64,000 nucleotides of DNA. Source: Raja brachyura. Taxonomy: Eukaryota. The notes under the pieces were generated by a model that saw nothing but the letters and a program-made list of their open reading frames with translations, was not told the origin of the DNA and did not search any database. Made by a program: the position numbers and the translations under genes. Positions 1-11,162 of this stretch are shown here, piece after piece. Numbering within the stretch: position 1 is the first letter of the stretch; each line of letters begins with the position of its first letter. The stretch is taken from positions 20,274,001 through 20,338,000 of the forward strand of contig OY740812.1 in assembly GCA_963514005.1 (NCBI GenBank), read 5' to 3'.

Positions 1-796
1 CAAAAGGATTTCCAGGAGGCCAGATTAATAAATAATTCCTTAAATTGTTAAAATGCTGTTTTTTAAACAGCATTATTTAGAAAAAAAGGTTAATTTAAGG
101 AATTTAACATTCTTTTGGTTATGCAGACTGAGAAAATGGGGGAAAACAGAGGCAGTAATAGTTTGAAGGAGTTATGAACTATGACTCATTCTGTCTGCAG
201 TTCCTCTCACTACAAATTCCTTAGACTCCCAGGGGAAGAGCACCAATTTCAGTAAAGTTCACAGAAAGGAGAGCAATTATTGGAGCAAAACTTTGGAAAA
301 CACTGCATATAAGATCAGCAAATTAAATTCCAGCATCTGCAGTTCCTTGTGTCCATATTAAGCTAAACTTGCCGCATGTTATGATGCAGGTTCTTTATCA
401 AGTTCCATATACTTCTTGTTGGCCCCTTTGTTGAAGTATGTATTTAAAATCAATCTCCAGAGTCTGTGTTACTTCAGGAATGCCTAAATATTGTTTGAAC
501 AATGAGATTAGGCCATGAAGGTTGGATGAAGTATATTTGAATGGGATCATGAGAGAAATGGATCTGTGATACTACGGAATAGGACTATTTTAACAACTTG
601 GTTAACAGCTGAGTTTATAGTTTGTCAAGTGTCGTCACCACTCACTTTCTGTCAGGGAAATAGGCCAGATGGTCCTTTATCTTATTTGTGAGGCAGTAAG
701 CCTCCAAGGACTGACCCACGGGGCATATCTGCCGCACCACTTATACAAGTCAACTAGGACTTCTTTTGGTGGCTGACAGCTGCATAATTAGTTGTA

Positions 797-1130
797 TTAG
801 CCATGGCTCAGAGAGGACATACTTACCTCTGACCTGAAAGATTATGGGCTGAAGTCTAGCTCTGAAATCTAAGCACAAAAATGTAAGCTAACGTAAATGC
901 CTTCATGCAGAGAGTGCGACACTGTCAGAGGTGCCATATATCACATGGCATATTAAACCAAGACTCTTCCCATCTGCTCATGTGGAGACAAGTGATCCCA
1001 TGATATGATGGTAATGGAGATTGTGCTAATACATATTCCTCAGTCAATATTTCTTCTGGTTATCTAGTTTATTATACTGTATAGGCGATGGGAGTGCTGT
1101 GAGCACATTTACTACAAACGCAATAACACT
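797..1130 (+). mobile_element. Old Deu-domain SINE (SacSINE1/AmnSINE1-like), degraded
   Basis: Degenerate tRNA-like head (ccatggctcagagagg...tatgggctgaagtc) followed by a Deu-domain-like core (gagagtgcgacactgtcagaggtgcc...ttaaaccaagac...gatcccatg) and tail (tctggttat...gggagtgctgtgagcac). Recognised from memory of the Deu-SINE consensus. Confidence 0.65.
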
Positions 1131-1196
1131 TTAATTTTTACGTTTCATCAAATGGTAACAATTAATTTTTACCATTAGATGAAACGTAATAATTAA
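1131..1196. repeat. 66-bp near-perfect palindrome
   Basis: Arm ttaatttttacgtttcatcaaatggtaacaatt against the reverse complement of the next 33 bp (ttaattattacgtttcatctaatggtaaaaatt): 3 mismatches, no spacer. Confidence 0.9.
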
Positions 1197-1890
1197 CATT
1201 GAAAGCTGAAACTTGAAGATCCTTCATTATTAGGGCAAAGGGTCTTCGACCTGTAACATTAATTGTGTTTATCTCTTTTCAAAGATTACGCCTAGCAGGC
1301 CTTTTCTAATTTTTTCAAAGTTCCAAATTCTTCTGATCATCAAATGCTTTCGGATATCCTCTATAAGGACCGTGAAAGGTATTATTGAATGTCTTTAGTA
1401 ATACCTTAAGTAATTATCATTTAAATGACTGTTTCTTCTGATAGTAATGTCAGATTTTTCTAAAATGACAAGTTTGAAAAACCATCTCAACATTAAAATA
1501 CTCATCTTGGGCATAAACTTTTTCTCCTCTTGTAATCCTCATCAAAGTTTGGACAATCTTTAGCAACAAGCGACATGAAGAATTAAAGCAGATGGTAAAG
1601 GTTTATAAAAATTGGGCTTCATGTATCGTAAAAAAATGTACAACCCCATTTTAAATCTACAATTATTAGCAGAGCAAATTTACTATCTGCAGTGTCAAAA
1701 CATACTGCAGCTTGGAGATGGCAAGGAAATCAATTCAGAACTGAAGTCAGTTTTTTTTCTAACGGGGTTCATTACTATCTCACAGCAGTCCACATGATAA
1801 AGCCCATATTAATTGAGTATAACCAATTTGACAGCCTCCACCCTTTGGGTGAAGGGGTAAACTGTTGAACGAATAGTCCCATTGCAACAG

Positions 1891-2165
1891 CACGGTGGCG
1901 CAGCGGTAGAGTTGCTGCCTTAAAGCGCTTTCAGCACCGAGACCCAGGTTCAATCCTGACCATGGGTGCTGTCTGTACGCCGTTTGTGCCTTCTACCAAT
2001 GATCGCTTGGGTTTTATCTAAGATCTTCGGTTGCCTTCCCCACTCCATAAGTATTTGGGTGTGCAGGTTAATTGGCTTTGTAGAAATATAACTTCTCCCT
2101 AGTGTGAATATGATAGTGTTAATAAGCATGGAATCGCTGGTTGGTGTGAACTCGGTGGGCCGACT
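1891..2165 (+). mobile_element. HE1-like V-SINE
   Basis: tRNA-derived head with A box (ggtggcgcagcggta) and B box (ggttcaatcc), V-domain-like core, 3' gaactcggtgggccga. Confidence 0.85.
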
Positions 2166-2758
2166 TTGTGCTACTGAAAGTAAGAATTTGTTTGTCCCAT
2201 TTTAAGACATATGATAATAAAACACTCTTGACTCTTCATCTTGCTTCGGCCATGAGCACCCAACAGCAATAATGGTCACTGGTGACTGTGATACAAAAAA
2301 TCAGCACTGTCAAGAGAGGGAACGAAAGGATGTAGCTGGTATTGAAAATGGCCATGGTAAAAATAGTTTTTATATGGAATCAAAGAATGAAAATCCGAAT
2401 GAAAAGTCTAGGTCACACTCTTTCTTACTTTATTTAGTTTTTTAAATTTTTGTAATCATTTGTGTTGTTTCTTTATCATTTAACATTATAGTTGGTACAA
2501 AATATAAGAATGTAATAGTCCAGCTTTAAACAGCATTCCACTGATACGCTTATTCATTGGGTCTTGCCCATAAAAGGACAAGACTTTAAAATTTACTGAG
2601 TGAGATTTCTATGCAGCCATAGAAATGCTGTGTCGAGCTTATTGCCATTCGATCTGATCTAAAAGACTGCCGGCCTAATAAAATGGCATTGAATGCAGCA
2701 AGATATCTTCAAATATTTTATGCATCTAATATTGATACACAAGATTATCAAAATTTTG

Positions 2759-3990
2759 TCTGGCGACCTTGCCCGCTTTTCATAGTCGCAGGAAAGTCGC
2801 CACGAGGTCGTAGGAGGTTTTCATCACTCTCCTTCATGGTCGAAAGTTGTCTCTGCGTAGTCGAGACTTCAGCTAGGTCGAGGCAAATTTTTCAAAATGT
2901 TAAATATTGCCGGGACTGAAAACAGGCGCCGTGGGAAAAATCAATATTTTTACAGTCGTAGGTCTAGTCGTAGCCAGTCGTAGGTAGTCGAAGGTGGTCG
3001 AACGTAATCGAAGGTAATAGCTCCGGGGTGAAAAAAAAGTCAGTAGAAAAAAAGGTCATTTAACCAGCAGAACGTCACCTCTGTCACTCCAAGGCATGTT
3101 CATTCATAGCTGGAGAGTTTTTTGGAGAGGGGAACCAAAAAGGCAGCAGCGCAGGGGGAGGGCACAACCCTAAAGAAAACGGCCATGCAGGCGTTGCCCA
3201 CCCAAGAGGAGGAGTGGCAGGAGGAGTGGCAGGAGGTGATGCCACAGGAGGTGATAGTGCAGGAGGAGGTAGCCCTGCATGAGAGACCCCTGGAGGAGGA
3301 GACCAGGGTGGTGTATATGTCCCCACCACCACCACCCTATACTTCACTGCCTCATTTGAAGGCAGCAAAGCAGCCCTTTCTTCTGTGTCTGACACAGCAT
3401 CAGAGGCAGATGACCCATTGGGGGTGAGGGAGGGCTGGAGGAAGGTTATGCCCTACACCATCACCAGGCAGCAGGAGGGGGACCTTGAGGAATGGTTCCA
3501 GCAGAATGCCATCCTGTACGAAAAGGAAAATGAGGGGTACAGGGACAGGGAGAAGAATGGCATGCTGGCCATCCACTGCCCCACATGTGTGCTTAAAGTT
3601 CCATCTTTAGTCAAAGCCCAGCGCCACTCTCTTCCAGTCATCTGGTGCACTGGGACAGTCCATCACATCTTCTCCATTCACGCATCTTCTTGTGCTTCCT
3701 CTTCACCCTTTCTCTTCCCCTTCTGCCTTTCTTAAAAGGCTGCTGAAGCAAAAGGTCTATTGCAAACAACAGTAGTTGTATTTTTACTAACATCCTCCAA
3801 ACTAGTTTCCTCCTTGCCTGCATGGTTCAGATTGATTTTAAAAAGAATCTGTCAGGCATTTTTTAGTGAGAAAAAAATGCAGACATGACATCATTTTACC
3901 AGGTGATCATTTGAGCTGTAGACACTCGTCACTGGTTTTTGTTGGTTTTCGGTCCGGTCCTCTACGGTGGAAGGGGGTCGTGCTCATTCA
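2759..3990 (+). mobile_element. Non-autonomous PIF/Harbinger-type element, ends eroded; carries a MADF/Myb-like ORF remnant
   Basis: Inverted homolog of the TIR-bounded element at 56716-57913. (GTC/GTA)n-rich subterminal repeats. ORF segment YTITRQQEGDLEEWFQQNAILYEKENEGYRDREKN resembles the N-terminus of a MADF/Myb-SANT domain. Confidence 0.7.
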
Positions 3991-4010
3991 TGGACCAATT
4001 TTCCAGAGAC

Positions 4011-4278
4011 CATTACAGCACCAGAGACCAGGGTTCGATCCTGACTGTGGGTGCTTGTCTGTACGGAATTTTCATGTTCTCCCCATGACCTGCGTGGTTT
4101 ATCTCCAGGTGCTCCGGTTTCATCCCACACTCCTAAGATGTAGGATAATTGGCTTGATATAAATGTAAGTTGTCCTTAATGTGCGTAGGATAATGTTAGT
4201 GTGTGTGGATTGCTGGTTGGCGTGGAGTCGTTGGGCTGAAGGGCCTGTTTTGAGCTGTATCTCTTAACTAAACTAAAA
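4011..4278 (+). mobile_element. HE1-like V-SINE, 5'-truncated
   Basis: B box gggttcgatcc, V core ttctccccatgacctgcgtgg...gctccggttt, tail gggctgaagggcctgttt...aactaaactaaa. Confidence 0.85.
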
Positions 4279-4789
4279 TGATTTCACTTTTCTGTACAGT
4301 GCTACTGCAGTGATTGATGACCTGGTACTTCAGACAAAGCGCTGAAGGATGTTTCAGTAACAGGGCTTAAATTAAATAAATTAAATACATTTGTTTCAAG
4401 AGTCAAGATGGTTTAATTGTTATATGCTCCAACAGAATAACAACATTCTTACTTTTCTATCATATACACAGTATGTTCATAATATGCAATAAGAAAGGCC
4501 AGAATTGAAATTGGCATGGAGCTTTTGCTGTTTCCTGAGGGTCCAGAAGTAATTCCTTTGAGGGATATGGTTCAAGGCATTGGTCATCCTTTCAGTGGTA
4601 GGATGGGTCATTAGTCTCGAAAGTAAAACTGGATGAGCTATTCAAACTTGCTTATAATCACAACTTTGTAAACATTCCTGTGCTGATTCTGCTGGAGCTG
4701 GTCTTACAACCATCTGGGTACTGCTTCCTGGGGCACATGTTGCCGGCAAACATAGCTAAATAAACTGAGAGTACTTGGAGAATCATCAG

Positions 4790-5300
4790 AGTTTAGTTCA
4801 GTTTATTATTATCACGTGTAACAAGGTACAGTGATATTTGTCTAAAGAAGGGTCTCGACCCAAAACGTCACCTATTCCTTCGCTCCATAGATGCTGCCTC
4901 ACCCGCTGAGTTTCTCCAGCATTTTTGTCTGCCAAGGTACAGTGAAAGGTTTTTGTTTACGTGCTATCCAGTCAAAGAAAAAACTATACATGATTACAAT
5001 TACGCTGTCCACAGTGCACATGTAGAGGATAAAAGGTACGACATTCAGTGCAAGATAAAGTCCAAGTAAAGATAGTTCAAAGGTCTCCAATGAGGTAGAT
5101 GGGAGGTCAGGCCTAGTTGAAGAGAGGACAGTTCAGTTGCCTGACAACAGCTGGGAAGAAACTGTCCCTGAATCTGAAGGTATGCTTTTTCACACTTTTG
5201 CACCTCTTGCCTGATAGGAGAGGGGAGAAGAGGCAATGACCGGGGCGAGACTGGTCCTTGATTATGCTGGTGGCCTTGCTGAGGTAGCGTGAAGTGTAGG
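4790..5300 (-). mobile_element. Rex1/Babar-type LINE 3' end, interrupted at 4835-4932
   Basis: Minus strand encodes SPLLSGKRCKSVKKHTFRFRDSFFPAVVRQLN, the LPSGRRY..RF..SFFP..IRLLN C-terminus of Rex1-clade RT. Ends in AATAAA plus an (ACTAA)n tail. Confidence 0.7.
4835..4932 (+). mobile_element. Penelope terminal-repeat module with decayed hammerhead core; 13-bp TSD
   Basis: caaggtacagtga is duplicated at 4822-4834 and 4933-4945. Insert is gtctaaagaagggtctcgacccaaaacgtcacc...gatgctgcctcacccgctgagtttctccagc. Confidence 0.8.
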
Positions 5301-5410
5301 ACTAATTGAATTATGACACAAATTACTGGAAGAGAATGGGAATTCTCACATTCACTCCCAGGACCAATTATGGCATCCAAATATTACCTCATTCACATCA
5401 GACTGGAAAT

Positions 5411-5933
5411 CATAAGTTCATAAGTCATAGGAGCAGAAGTAGGCCATTTACCCAGTGAGTCTACTCTGCTATTCAATCATGAATGATCGTTTCTGCTCAT
5501 CCCCATTCTCCTGCTTTCTCCATATAACCCTTGACAGTGTTACCAATCAAGAATATGACGATCTCTGCCTTAAAATTACCTAATGTCTTGCCCTACGCAG
5601 ATGTCTGTGGCAATGAATTCCACAGATCCACCATCCACTGACTGAAGAGATTCCTCCTCATCTCCTTTCTAAACGTATGCCCTTTTATTCTTCGGCTGTG
5701 TCCTCTGGTCCTCGACTCTCCCATTGGTGAAAACTTCCTCTCCACATCCACACTATCCAGGCCTTTCACTATTCGGTAAGTTTCAAGAGATTCCCCTTCT
5801 AGCGAGTGCAGGTCCAGTGCCGTCAAACGCTCATCACTCGCTAACCCAATCATTCCCAGGATCATTCTCGTAAACCTCCTCCGGTCCCTCTCCAACTCCA
5901 GCACATCACTCCTCGGATATGGGGACCAAAACT
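5411..5933 (-). mobile_element. CR1/HER1 LINE 3' fragment
   Basis: ORF 5593-5904(-) with ETYRIVKGLD...RTRGHS...VDLWNSLP; typical 3' UTR and (ACTTATG)n tail. Confidence 0.9.
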
Positions 5934-6354
5934 ATTGACAATTGAATGCCACAGGCATCACACATCAGATATTCTCTGAGCATTCTGAGCAATCCCAGTG
6001 AACGATCCCAGGATACCAGACAGTGCCAGAAACGTGCTTACTCTTGTCTATTGCTTCCATTTTATCTTCTATTCTTGCACTCTTATACTTAGCAATTGTA
6101 CTAATTGTAATTATGTACAGTAATATTTTACCAAATTGTATGCAAAACAGGAATTCCACTGTACAATTAAGTACCAAAGAACCATTGTCTATGAACAATC
6201 ATAGAACACTGATAGATCTTAAAACAAAACATCTTTATAAGACATTCTTGAAAATTACAACTTAATTATTTGAGAATTATTTTGCTTTGATATTTCAAAA
6301 TGTCCTTCTTGCTGGAGGAGGATATAGCTGACTCATTGTTCAGAAAACACGAAT

Positions 6355-6690
6355 GTCAAGTTGAATTTATTGTAATATGTCCAAGAATGTAATAGAGCTA
6401 GAACAAAAATCTTGCTTACAGCAGCATCACGAGCACACACTCAGACAACACACAAAATATAAAACCAAACATAAATGACGCATACATTCTGCGTGGCAGT
6501 AAAACGAGAAAGCTGTGAAAAAAGACAAGAAATTAGTGCAAAAAAGCAAATTCCATGGTAATGGAAGAGGCAGTCTGTTGTTGAGGTAAAATTAGGATTG
6601 GTTCAAGAACCTGATAGTTGTAAAAAAGTAGCAATTCCTGAACCTGGTGGTATGGGACTTCAGGCTTCTGTACCTCCTGCCTGACGGTAC
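6355..6690 (-). mobile_element. Old Rex1-type LINE 3' end
   Basis: ttcaagaacctgatagttg...ttcctgaacctggtggtatgggacttcaggcttctgtacctcctgcctgacgg is the reverse of the PSGRRYRSL..RFRN..P..IR.LN motif. Confidence 0.6.
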
Positions 6691-6954
6691 ATTTTTATAG
6701 TTTAATTTGGCGGACATACAATCTAAATAAAAGATAAACTACAAACTTGCCCAACACAACTCTCCCAAAGCATTCATCTCTCCCAATATTGGACTAATTA
6801 TTCCTTTATATCTCTTTCATTCTCTCTCAGGGGCAGCGTAGGCCTTCTCCAAATCACATGGTTTGCCCTATATATACTTCTCAAGTATTTTCTGTGTATA
6901 TGACCGTCCATTTAGATCTCCTTTAACTCCCCTCCCTCTAACTTTAAACATTTG

Positions 6955-7087
6955 TGTTAAAGAAGGAACTGCAGATGCTGGAGAATTGAGGGTTACACAA
7001 AAAGCTGGAGAAACTCAGCAGGTGCAGCAGCATCTAAGGAGCGAAGGAGATAGGCAACGTTTCGGGTCGAGACCCTTATTCAGACAT
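6955..7087 (-). mobile_element. Penelope terminal module inside a degraded CR1 fragment (~6830-7275)
   Basis: Reverse complement gtctgaataagggtctcgacccgaaacgttgcc...gatgctgctgcacctgctgagtttctccagc. Confidence 0.8.
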
Positions 7088-8299
7088 TGGCCTTCTTGTT
7101 TTTGACACCACTATTCATGGGAAAAAAATTCTATCTTCCCTAACCCTGCCCCTTATATTCCTCTATCAGATCACCCCTCATCCTCCTTCACTCTGGGGGA
7201 AAAAACCTGGTCTATCCAATCTCTCTCAGAACTGAAGACCTCCAGTCCAGGTAATGTCCTAATGAATCTCCTCTATGCCCTCTCCAAGCCACCCTGGCTG
7301 CAGATTCTCTTCCTGCATGATCCCAGTCCAATTCTGGCAACTATCCCTTTGGCTAAAATGGTCCCAACAATCCCATCCAATCCTCACAATACCCAAATCT
7401 TCCGCTCCCAAATCTATATTATTTAGTGACTCATGGATAAGAGTCAATTTACCAACAATCACAATTGAACCTCCCGCTATGACAAGGGTAAGAACCGGGA
7501 CACCAGGATCATCTGTGATTGTAAGAGGTCTCATTTCACTAGCAGACTCCCCAGAGGCATCTATCCTCTGTGCTTTGTTTCTCTTCCCCGTGGAAACACT
7601 GACTCATCATCAGTACTAAATATTGGGATGGGAGATTGCAACCTTCACGTGGTCCACCGTAGTTCGACAAATGCAATCAACCTGGCGTGCACAAACGGAA
7701 GATCAAACAGAACAATTTGTTCTTACAACTTTAGTCTGTGCATGCCATATGCAAGAAGAAGTACTAAATATCAGTACTTGGATATGCAGTACCCCAGTTT
7801 CCTGACGTTTCCTACCTGTTTTATAACACACTAACATGTCATTGCAATGAAACTGTTGAAGGAAATGGTTAATGTTTCTCTTGCACGGTCACTGTCTCAC
7901 CCCTGCAAAGTCCAACCAGAGGCAACGTCCAATAAAGAACAATTTTAAAAATATTAATATTTATTTATTTATTTGTTCTGAACAAGTAAAGACATAAATA
8001 GGAATAAATAACAACAACAAAATCGAAATAGTCCAATAATTGGACATTCCAGGCAATATTTGCAAAGCAATGAAAAGCATAAAGCAAAATTTAAATGCCC
8101 AACACTTTTCTTTACAAGCTCGAACAGGAGTGCATAGAAGAATAACTTATTTAATCTCACCCCTTCTCCCTAAACCCTTCTTCCATATTTAATAATTAAT
8201 TAATTAATAATTATTATTATAACCATTATTAATAACACTGCTAATAATAAGAAGAATAATAATAATGATAATGTTTCAATAGTAATGTAATATTTAACA

Positions 8300-9228
8300 T
8301 AACATACATCACAGTACATCACAGGACCAGGCACTTTGTCCCACAATGTCTGTGCTGAACAAGATGAGAAGCTGAAGAATCTGCCCGCACGTGATCTATA
8401 CCAGGGGCCTCCAAACGTTTCATTATATATTTTTGCGGGCCGTAGGAAAAAATAAAGAAATGTCACTCACTCACTCATTCACTCACCCACTCACCCACCC
8501 GCCCACCCACTCACCCACTCACTCATTCACTCACCCACTCACCCACCTGCCCACACACACGCTGCTGTCGCTGACCTTCACTGTCTTCCCGGGGCCAGTA
8601 CCTCTAATCCAGCCCTCCAGGGACCTCCACCGGCGACTCCGCTGACCCTCGCCTCTCCACCGTCACCTCACCACGGTTCCAGGCTCAGCAACAGGCCCAC
8701 AACCTGCACGATGCACAGAGCACGTGGTCTGACTCTGCTGGGTCCTATTGCTCCTCCCCTCCTACAGTGAACCTCTGCACAATTCCCTCAATTCCCTCAA
8801 CTTGATAGCCTACAGGATACTTACATGTAAGTTCCCACGCTACCACAGAACCCGCTAAATAGCCCACTGCACGGAATGTGTTAAGAGCTTGCTGCTGGCC
8901 GAATAAAATCTCGTGGCGGGCCGGATGTGGCCCGCGGGTCATAGTTTGGAGACCCCTGATCCATACCCATGTGACTCCACTGCCATCACTGGCAGCAGGT
9001 TCCAGACATTCACCACCTTCCGTGGAAAAATACCTGCCCCACACATCTCCTTTAAACTTTGCCCCTCTCACCATAAAACTATGCCCCCAATTCTGACTGC
9101 CTATCCTTTTGATGCTTCTCATAATATTGTAAACTTCTATCATTCTCTCTTCAGCCTGGCGGGCTCCAGAGAAAACAGCCCAAGTTTGTCCAGCCTCTCC
9201 TTATAACTAATACCTTCTAACCCAGCCA
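8300..9228 (-). mobile_element. CR1/HER1 3' fragment split by the hAT MITE at 8402-8958
   Basis: ORF 8745-9143(-) begins MIEVYNIMRSIKRIGSQNWGHSFMVRGAKFKGDVWG; the 3' tail continues at 8300-8401. Confidence 0.75.
8402..8958. mobile_element. hAT (Charlie-like) MITE, 557 bp
   Basis: TIRs caggggcctccaaac / gtttggagacccctg; 8-bp TSD atctatac (8394-8401) / atccatac (8959-8966); MER1-like subterminal gcgggccggatgtggcccgcggg; internal (CACT/CACC)n microsatellite at ~8463-8560. Confidence 0.9.
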
Positions 9229-9819
9229 GGTTTGTACAATGGATACGTAAAGTTTCATAAATGCTTCACTACTGCTGCCTTGTAATGGGGTCTGTGTTCT
9301 CAACATGAAAGATCTGCTTGAAGAACAAAGAACAAAAGGCACTTATTTCTTAATATGTATACATTGTGCAGCCACCATTGTAATAATCCCTTCTTTTGCT
9401 TTTAAAACGTAAAATATATATTTTTTAACAAGGTGTGGTCAGACTGTGATCATTTTCATGAATTTTTTATCTCCCTATTTTATTTATTTAATGTAACTTC
9501 ATAGGTAGCATTTGAATTGAACAATCTGGATTCAATTAAAATTGGTCTGGCATTAGGAGTTTGTGGGCTAATGTTACATGCCTTACATAGTGTACTCATG
9601 TTATAACTTTGGAGAGCCATATTATATAAAACAAAAGTACCCCATTTGAGGGAAATTTGTAGAATTTAGCATGAGCTTCTTTACATTTGAAATAAGTACA
9701 TCTTGACTTTAACACCAAAGTAATCTTAAAATGGAAAATGGAAAAAAGGCAACAATTGTTTCAAACACAAAATGCTTGAAGATAATTCAGCTTGCAGAGC
9801 AAAGTATTTAATAAAAAGA

Positions 9820-9915
9820 AAGATAGGCACAAAAAGCTAGAGCAACTCTGCGGGACAGGCGGAATCTCTGGAGAGAAGGAATGGGTGACGTTTCAGGTCG
9901 AGACCCGTCTTCATA
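9820..9915 (-). mobile_element. Penelope terminal module
   Basis: Reverse complement atgaagacgggtctcgacctgaaacgtcacccattccttctctccagaga. Confidence 0.75.
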
Positions 9916-10030
9916 ACCTGTGTCGCCCTTGTAATATGAAGCAGCATGATTTCACTGGGTGCTGTGCTCAAAATGGCCAAGGAAGAAACATTCTCCAGAT
10001 TACAATATTTGACAAACAAATAGACACAGA

Positions 10031-10352
10031 CAGCATGGTGGTGCAGCGGTAGAGTTGCTGCCTTACAATGCTTACAGCTCCAGAGACCTGGCATCGATCC
10101 TAACCACAGGTGCCTGTCTGTACGGAGTTTGCACGTTCTCCCCGTGGCCTGCGTGTGTTTTCTCCGAGTCCTTCGGTTTCCTCCCAAACTCCGGTATAGG
10201 TTTGTAGGTTAATTGGCTTGGTATGAATGTAGATTGTCACCAGTGTATATAGGGTAGTGTTAATGTGCAGGGATCGCTGGTTGGTGCGGACTTGGTGGGA
10301 CGAAGGGCCTGTTTCCACGCTACACCTCTAAACTAAAAAAACTAAACTAAAA
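10031..10352 (+). mobile_element. HE1-like V-SINE, full length
   Basis: A/B-box head, V core, gaagggcctgtttccacgctacacctct(aaact)n tail. Confidence 0.9.
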
Positions 10353-10576
10353 TCCTGTCACACAAGAATATCATAAACACAAAGGATAAAAGGGGTTACA
10401 CAGTGACCACAGATGTAGTGTCAATGAGCCAAGCATTGTACCAATCAATTAGCTGAAGGACGTGGCTCTAATTTCAAGTAACTTGTTATGGACCGAATGC
10501 CATTGACTTGGAAATACCATCTTATAATTGCCTGATGGACAGCTGTACTATGATTTTAATTCCCTGATGGGCCATG

Positions 10577-11130
10577 AACATAGAACATAGGACAGTAAAG
10601 CACAGGAACAGGCCCTTCAGCCCTCAATATCCACCATGTCTGTGCTGAACATGGTGCCAAGTTAATTTCTTCTCCCTGCACAAGATCCATATCCCTCATT
10701 ACCCTGCATTTTCAAGGGCCTATCTAAAAGTCTCTTAAATGCCTCTGTTGTGTCTGCTTCTGCAACCTCCTCTGGCAGCATGTTTAAGACACCCACCACT
10801 CACTGTGCCCCGCACATATTCTTTTAACTTTTCCCCTCTGACCTTAATTCTGCGGCCTCTTTTGACATTTGGACTCTCAGCAAAACGTTCTGCCTATCTT
10901 CCATACCACGTTTCTCATAATTTTGCATATAATCAGGTCTCCCCTCAACCTCAAACGGCCCAGAGAAACCAATCCGAGTTAGTCCAACTTCTCCTTCTAG
11001 CTGATATCCTCTAATCCATGCAGTATTCTGGCAAACCATTGCTGCATCTTCTCCAAAATCTCCACATCCTTCCTATAATGGGGTGACCAGAGCTGTATAC
11101 AATACTCCAAATGCAACCTAGTCAAAGCTT
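10577..11130 (-). mobile_element. CR1/HER1 3' fragment
   Basis: LHLEYCIQLWSPHYRKDVEILEKMQQWFAR in ORF 10997-11206(-); 3' tail at 10577-10630. Confidence 0.85.
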
Positions 11131-11162
11131 CATTCATGAAGAAGGAAGCACTCACACATGTA

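Noticed and set aside
405-445. catatacttctt...gaagtatgtat resembles the two ends of the miR-1 precursor
   Set aside because: Hairpin is only ~40 nt and the miR-1 seed (TGGAATGT) is absent; probably coincidence.
1564-1594. Possible plus-strand micro-exon (NKRHEELKQM; tttAG...ATG|gtaaag)
   Set aside because: Weak polypyrimidine tract and donor, no recognisable protein; expected by chance.
1891-1960. tRNA-like sequences here and at every SINE head
   Set aside because: No full cloverleaf; each continues into the V-domain, so they are SINE promoters, not tRNA genes.
3084-3427. Glu-rich and Pro-rich ORFs as a host gene
   Set aside because: Both lie inside a Harbinger derivative repeated at 56.9-57.5 kb with different frameshifts.
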